Positions 60,560 to 64,000 of a DNA stretch of 64,000 bases are shown here, piece after piece. The translations under genes were made by a program, and so were the position numbers. The notes beneath the pieces were generated by a model that saw nothing but the letters and a program-made list of their open reading frames with translations, searched no databases and had not been told where the DNA came from. This DNA is from an uncultured Prevotellaceae bacterium (GTDB lineage: Bacteria; Bacteroidota; Bacteroidia; Bacteroidales; Bacteroidaceae), in NCBI GenBank assembly GCA_902771445.1, contig CACXXD010000067.1, forward strand, positions 3,278-67,277, read 5' to 3'. Position 1 is the stretch's first letter, and every line of letters begins with the position of its first letter.

Positions 60560-63025
60560 ATGAAAAACAGATTGTTTATTGCTGCCCTCCTGATGTTGTT
60601 CTGCGTCAGCGGATGGGCTGCCAAGACAAAGAAAACGTGTGTGCAGGAGAAGACCGTGGGCGACATGACGGTTCGTGTGGAATTCTATAATGACGGCATC
60701 GTCAGGGTGATGAAGTATCCTGCCGGCATGGTTCCGCAGAAGAAAAGCTATTCGGTCATTCTGGAACCACAGGCCGCAGACGGACTGTCGGCCTGTATGA
60801 AAGTGGATGTTGACGCACAAGGCCGTCTGACATTTACCACACGTGAAGGAAAGCTGCTGCTCCGCGAATCGGGAGAGCCAACCCTTGAGAAGCGCACCAA
60901 CAAAGCCGACGAAGGCAAGTTCAGAATTGCCCAGTCATGGCAGCTCGACAGTGAAGAAGATGTCTTCGGACTGGGCCAGCTGCGCGACGAGGCCATGAGC
61001 TGGCGCGGACGCGAGATGGAAATATGGAATCATAATACTTATATCTCTATCCCATATTTTACCAGCGAAAAGGGCTACGGTCTCTACTGGGACAATGCAG
61101 GCAAAAGCCGTTTCAAGAGTTCGGTTGCCAATAAGGCTGAGGGGCAGACGGTGTCGTTCAGCAGCGAAGTGGGCGCCTGCATCGACTATTATTTCATGTA
61201 TCGTGATGGCACGCAAGACGGGGTCATTGCCTGCATACGTCAGCTGACGGGTGAGGCCACCATGTTCCCCCTGTGGACGATGGGACACTGGCAGTGCCGT
61301 GAACGCTACAAGACAAGTGACGAACTGGCCGAGGTGCTCGACAAGTATCGCGCATTGCAGATTCCGCTCGACGGCATCGTGCAGGACTGGCAGTACTGGG
61401 GATGTGACTCGAACTGGAATGCCATGCGTTTCGAGAACCCTTATTATATAAATAAGGTGGGCGACCTGGCTTGGGAGAAATATCTGCCCGACGACCTGAA
61501 GAAGCTCGCAGCCGAATATAAGGCCAAAGGACTGGAGCCACGACTGAAGAGTCCGGGCGAGATGGTCGACTATGTGCATCAGCACAATGCGCATCTCATG
61601 ATCTCTATTTGGGCCAGCTTTGGCTCGTGGACACAGCCTTACAAGGAACTGCAAAAGATAGGCGGTCTGTTGCCGTTCGACACATGGCCACGCAACAAAG
61701 GGGTGCTGCCCTACGACCCCTTCAATCCCAAGGCGCGTGACATCTATTGGAAATACCTCTCTAATCTCTATAAGATGGGATTCGATGCCTGGTGGACCGA
61801 CTCTACAGAGCCCGACCATTTCGACGAAACGGCGGCTACCGATGAGCATCAGACGCACGACGGCTCGTGGTTGTCGGTGAAAAATGCGTTCCCGCTGATG
61901 ACCAATCGCGGTATTTATGAGCATCAGCGTGCCACAAAGGGCAACACAAAGCGCAGTGTGCAGATGACGCGCAGCGGCTCGTTTGGCCTGCAACACTATG
62001 GCACGTTCTCATGGAGTGGCGACGTGAAGGCTTCGTGGGAGGAAATGAAGAATCAGATTCCCTCTGGACTGAACTATACGCTGTGCGGCATTCCTTTCTG
62101 GAACACCGACTTGGGCGGCTTCTTCTACTGGGACTACGAACAGAATCCGAAGAATCCGGCTGTGCAGGAACTGCAGACACGCTGGATGCAATGGGGTACC
62201 TTCATGCCGCTCATGCGCAACCACTGCTCTTCGCCTATGGTCAGCGAGCTTTACGAGTTCGGCAAGAAAGGCGACTGGGCCTATGATGCTATGGTCGATG
62301 CCATCCATCTGCGCTATCGCTTGTTGCCGTATATCTATTCGATGGCAGGCAATGTTGTTCAGCACAGCGGCACCATGATGCGCCCGTTGGTGATGGATTT
62401 CAGCAACGACAAGCGGGCAAGTCGCCTGAACGACACCTATATGTTCGGCCATGCTTTCCTGGTGAAGCCCGTCACCGATCCCCTCTACACTTGGAAAGAC
62501 AATCATAAGCGCGGTCATGAAATCTATCCCGAACTGAAGAAAGCTGCTGCGCCTGTGAAAGTCTATTTGCCAAAAGGAGCAAAATGGTATGATTTCTGGA
62601 CCAACGAGCTCTTTGACGGTGGACGGGAGCTGATGCGTCCCACACCAATCACACAGCTGCCTGTGTATGTCCGGGCGGGTTCTATCATGCCTTTTGGCCC
62701 TGATGTTCAGTATAGCAGCGAGAAAGCATGGGACGATTTGGAAATCCGCGTATATCCCGGTGCCAATGCTTCCTTCACGCTCTACGAGGACGAAGGCGAC
62801 AACTACAACTATGAGAAAGGGGCTTTTTCTGAGATTTGCTTTAAGTGGAACGACGACGCCCGTCAGCTGACGATTGACGAGCGCAAAGGATCGTTCAAAG
62901 GCATGTTGCAGCAACGTCGGTTCCGCATCGTGCTGGTAGACAACAAATCGGGTGCTGGCAACCTGCCTATGCAGGGCGGTAAGTCCGTTTCTTATGACGG
63001 CAAGGCTGTCAGTGTTTCATTTTAA
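60560..63025 (+). CDS. Glycoside hydrolase family 31 (alpha-xylosidase-like)
   Basis: IVQDWQYW, WWTDSTEPD nucleophile, WSGDV, WNTDLGGF, LYEDEGDNYNYEKG; signal peptide; -7 box at 60515-60522. Confidence 0.9.
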   Translation: MKNRLFIAALLMLFCVSGWAAKTKKTCVQEKTVGDMTVRVEFYNDGIVRVMKYPAGMVPQKKSYSVILEPQAADGLSACMKVDVDAQGRLTFTTREGKLLLRESGEPTLEKRTNKADEGKFRIAQSWQLDSEEDVFGLGQLRDEAMSWRGREMEIWNHNTYISIPYFTSEKGYGLYWDNAGKSRFKSSVANKAEGQTVSFSSEVGACIDYYFMYRDGTQDGVIACIRQLTGEATMFPLWTMGHWQCRERYKTSDELAEVLDKYRALQIPLDGIVQDWQYWGCDSNWNAMRFENPYYINKVGDLAWEKYLPDDLKKLAAEYKAKGLEPRLKSPGEMVDYVHQHNAHLMISIWASFGSWTQPYKELQKIGGLLPFDTWPRNKGVLPYDPFNPKARDIYWKYLSNLYKMGFDAWWTDSTEPDHFDETAATDEHQTHDGSWLSVKNAFPLMTNRGIYEHQRATKGNTKRSVQMTRSGSFGLQHYGTFSWSGDVKASWEEMKNQIPSGLNYTLCGIPFWNTDLGGFFYWDYEQNPKNPAVQELQTRWMQWGTFMPLMRNHCSSPMVSELYEFGKKGDWAYDAMVDAIHLRYRLLPYIYSMAGNVVQHSGTMMRPLVMDFSNDKRASRLNDTYMFGHAFLVKPVTDPLYTWKDNHKRGHEIYPELKKAAAPVKVYLPKGAKWYDFWTNELFDGGRELMRPTPITQLPVYVRAGSIMPFGPDVQYSSEKAWDDLEIRVYPGANASFTLYEDEGDNYNYEKGAFSEICFKWNDDARQLTIDERKGSFKGMLQQRRFRIVLVDNKSGAGNLPMQGGKSVSYDGKAVSVSF

Positions 63026-63034
63026 CATTGTTTT

Positions 63035-63544
63035 ATGACGACACTACTTTTGATCAGACATGGAGAAACTGTAGATAACGTTCGGCAGGTGATGCAAGGA
63101 CAGACGCAAGGTGAACTGACTGCCGAGGGCATTCGCCAGGCAGAGGCACTGGCAGAGCAACTGAAAGACATGGCAATCGATGCCTTTGTGGCGAGCGACT
63201 TGAAGCGTTCGATTGACACTTGCCGTTTACTGGCTGAACCGCATGGCAAGCCATTCATCACAACTCCGTTGTTGCGCGAACGCGACTGGGGAAGCTTCAC
63301 GGGGCGTTACATCCCGGAACTGAAAAATGAAGTGTGGCCCGATGATATTGAAACACTTGAGAAACTGAAAGAACGCGCACGCCATTTTCTCTCATTCATA
63401 GCCGAGGCATATCCCGATCAGACTGTTGCGGCGGTAGGTCATGGCATTATAAACAAGGCTATTCAGGCGGTGCATTTTGGCATTACAATGAAACAGGTAG
63501 AGAGAATGGTAAACTGCGAAGTGAGGAAAATCACGATAGGATAA
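63035..63544 (+). CDS. Histidine phosphatase family protein
   Basis: LIRHGET, SDLKRS, LRERDWG, VGHG. Confidence 0.9.
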   Translation: MTTLLLIRHGETVDNVRQVMQGQTQGELTAEGIRQAEALAEQLKDMAIDAFVASDLKRSIDTCRLLAEPHGKPFITTPLLRERDWGSFTGRYIPELKNEVWPDDIETLEKLKERARHFLSFIAEAYPDQTVAAVGHGIINKAIQAVHFGITMKQVERMVNCEVRKITIG

Positions 63545-63585
63545 AAAGAAATGGAGTAGACGTTCTGCCTACTCCATTTCTTTTT
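63543..63585. terminator. Bidirectional terminator
   Basis: AAAAAGAAATGGAGTAG...CTACTCCATTTCTTTTT. Confidence 0.8.
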
Positions 63586-63596
63586 CTGTGCTGCTT

Positions 63597-64000
63597 TTAT
63601 TGTTCCAAAAGGAAACGTTCGGCCTCGATGGCTGCCTGACAACCGGTTCCTGCAGCCGAAATAGCCTGACGATAGGTGGGGTCGGCGCAGTCGCCTGCCA
63701 CGAAGATACCGGGCAGTTGGGTGCGAGGCGTGCCGTTTATCTTCTTCAGATAACCCACCTCGTCGGTCTCTAACCATTCCTTGAATATATCGGTGTTGGG
63801 TTTATGACCGATGGCGAGGAAGAATCCGTCGATGGCAATGTCAACCAGCGTTTCGTCTGGTTCGCCTTTGCGCCTTACGAGGTGAGCCCCTTCTACGCCA
63901 TTCTCACCGAAGAGTCCCAGCGTGTTGTGCTCAAACAGGATCTCAATGTTTTCGCGATCCATGACGCGCTGCTGCATCACCTTCGATGCGCGCAGGAACG
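63597..64000 (-). CDS. trxB: Thioredoxin reductase (3' part)
   Basis: FLRASKVMQQRV, GFFLAIGHKPNT, GIFVAGDCAD..YRQAISAAGTGCQAA. Confidence 0.93.
   Translation of the reverse strand, partial: FLRASKVMQQRVMDRENIEILFEHNTLGLFGENGVEGAHLVRRKGEPDETLVDIAIDGFFLAIGHKPNTDIFKEWLETDEVGYLKKINGTPRTQLPGIFVAGDCADPTYRQAISAAGTGCQAAIEAERFLLEQ

Overview
Chromosomal window from a Bacteroidota bacterium, most likely Prevotella-like (SusC/SusD genes, TAnnTTTG -7 promoters, T9SS-type C-termini). From left to right it holds: a fasciclin-lipoprotein, double-SusC uptake locus (1-13.3 kb); a cluster of small repeats (13.5-14.4 kb); a 15-kb minus-strand hydrolase block with a cation:H+ antiporter, two amidohydrolases, a PI-PLC, a cupin, three carboxylesterase paralogs (one deleted) and two membrane-AraC regulators; hutI; an inositol-lipid biosynthesis cluster; a TonB receptor with OB-fold lipoproteins (putative nucleic-acid uptake); a CotH/lamin-tail protein; SRP RNA and tRNA-Thr; a GT2/ApbE/Crp operon; a probable sRNA; an EEP nuclease-UDG-udk operon; a GH31; a phosphatase; and trxB. 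The main unexplained signal is a 330-440 bp non-coding element present four times. It has a 41-bp central hairpin with a mosaic loop, sub-terminal inverted repeats and directly repeated pseudo-palindromic end sites. A second signal is a set of heptamer tracts at gene junctions, one of which forms a 24/25-bp inverted repeat around a susC start codon. All family calls come from motif recognition by eye; no searches were run.
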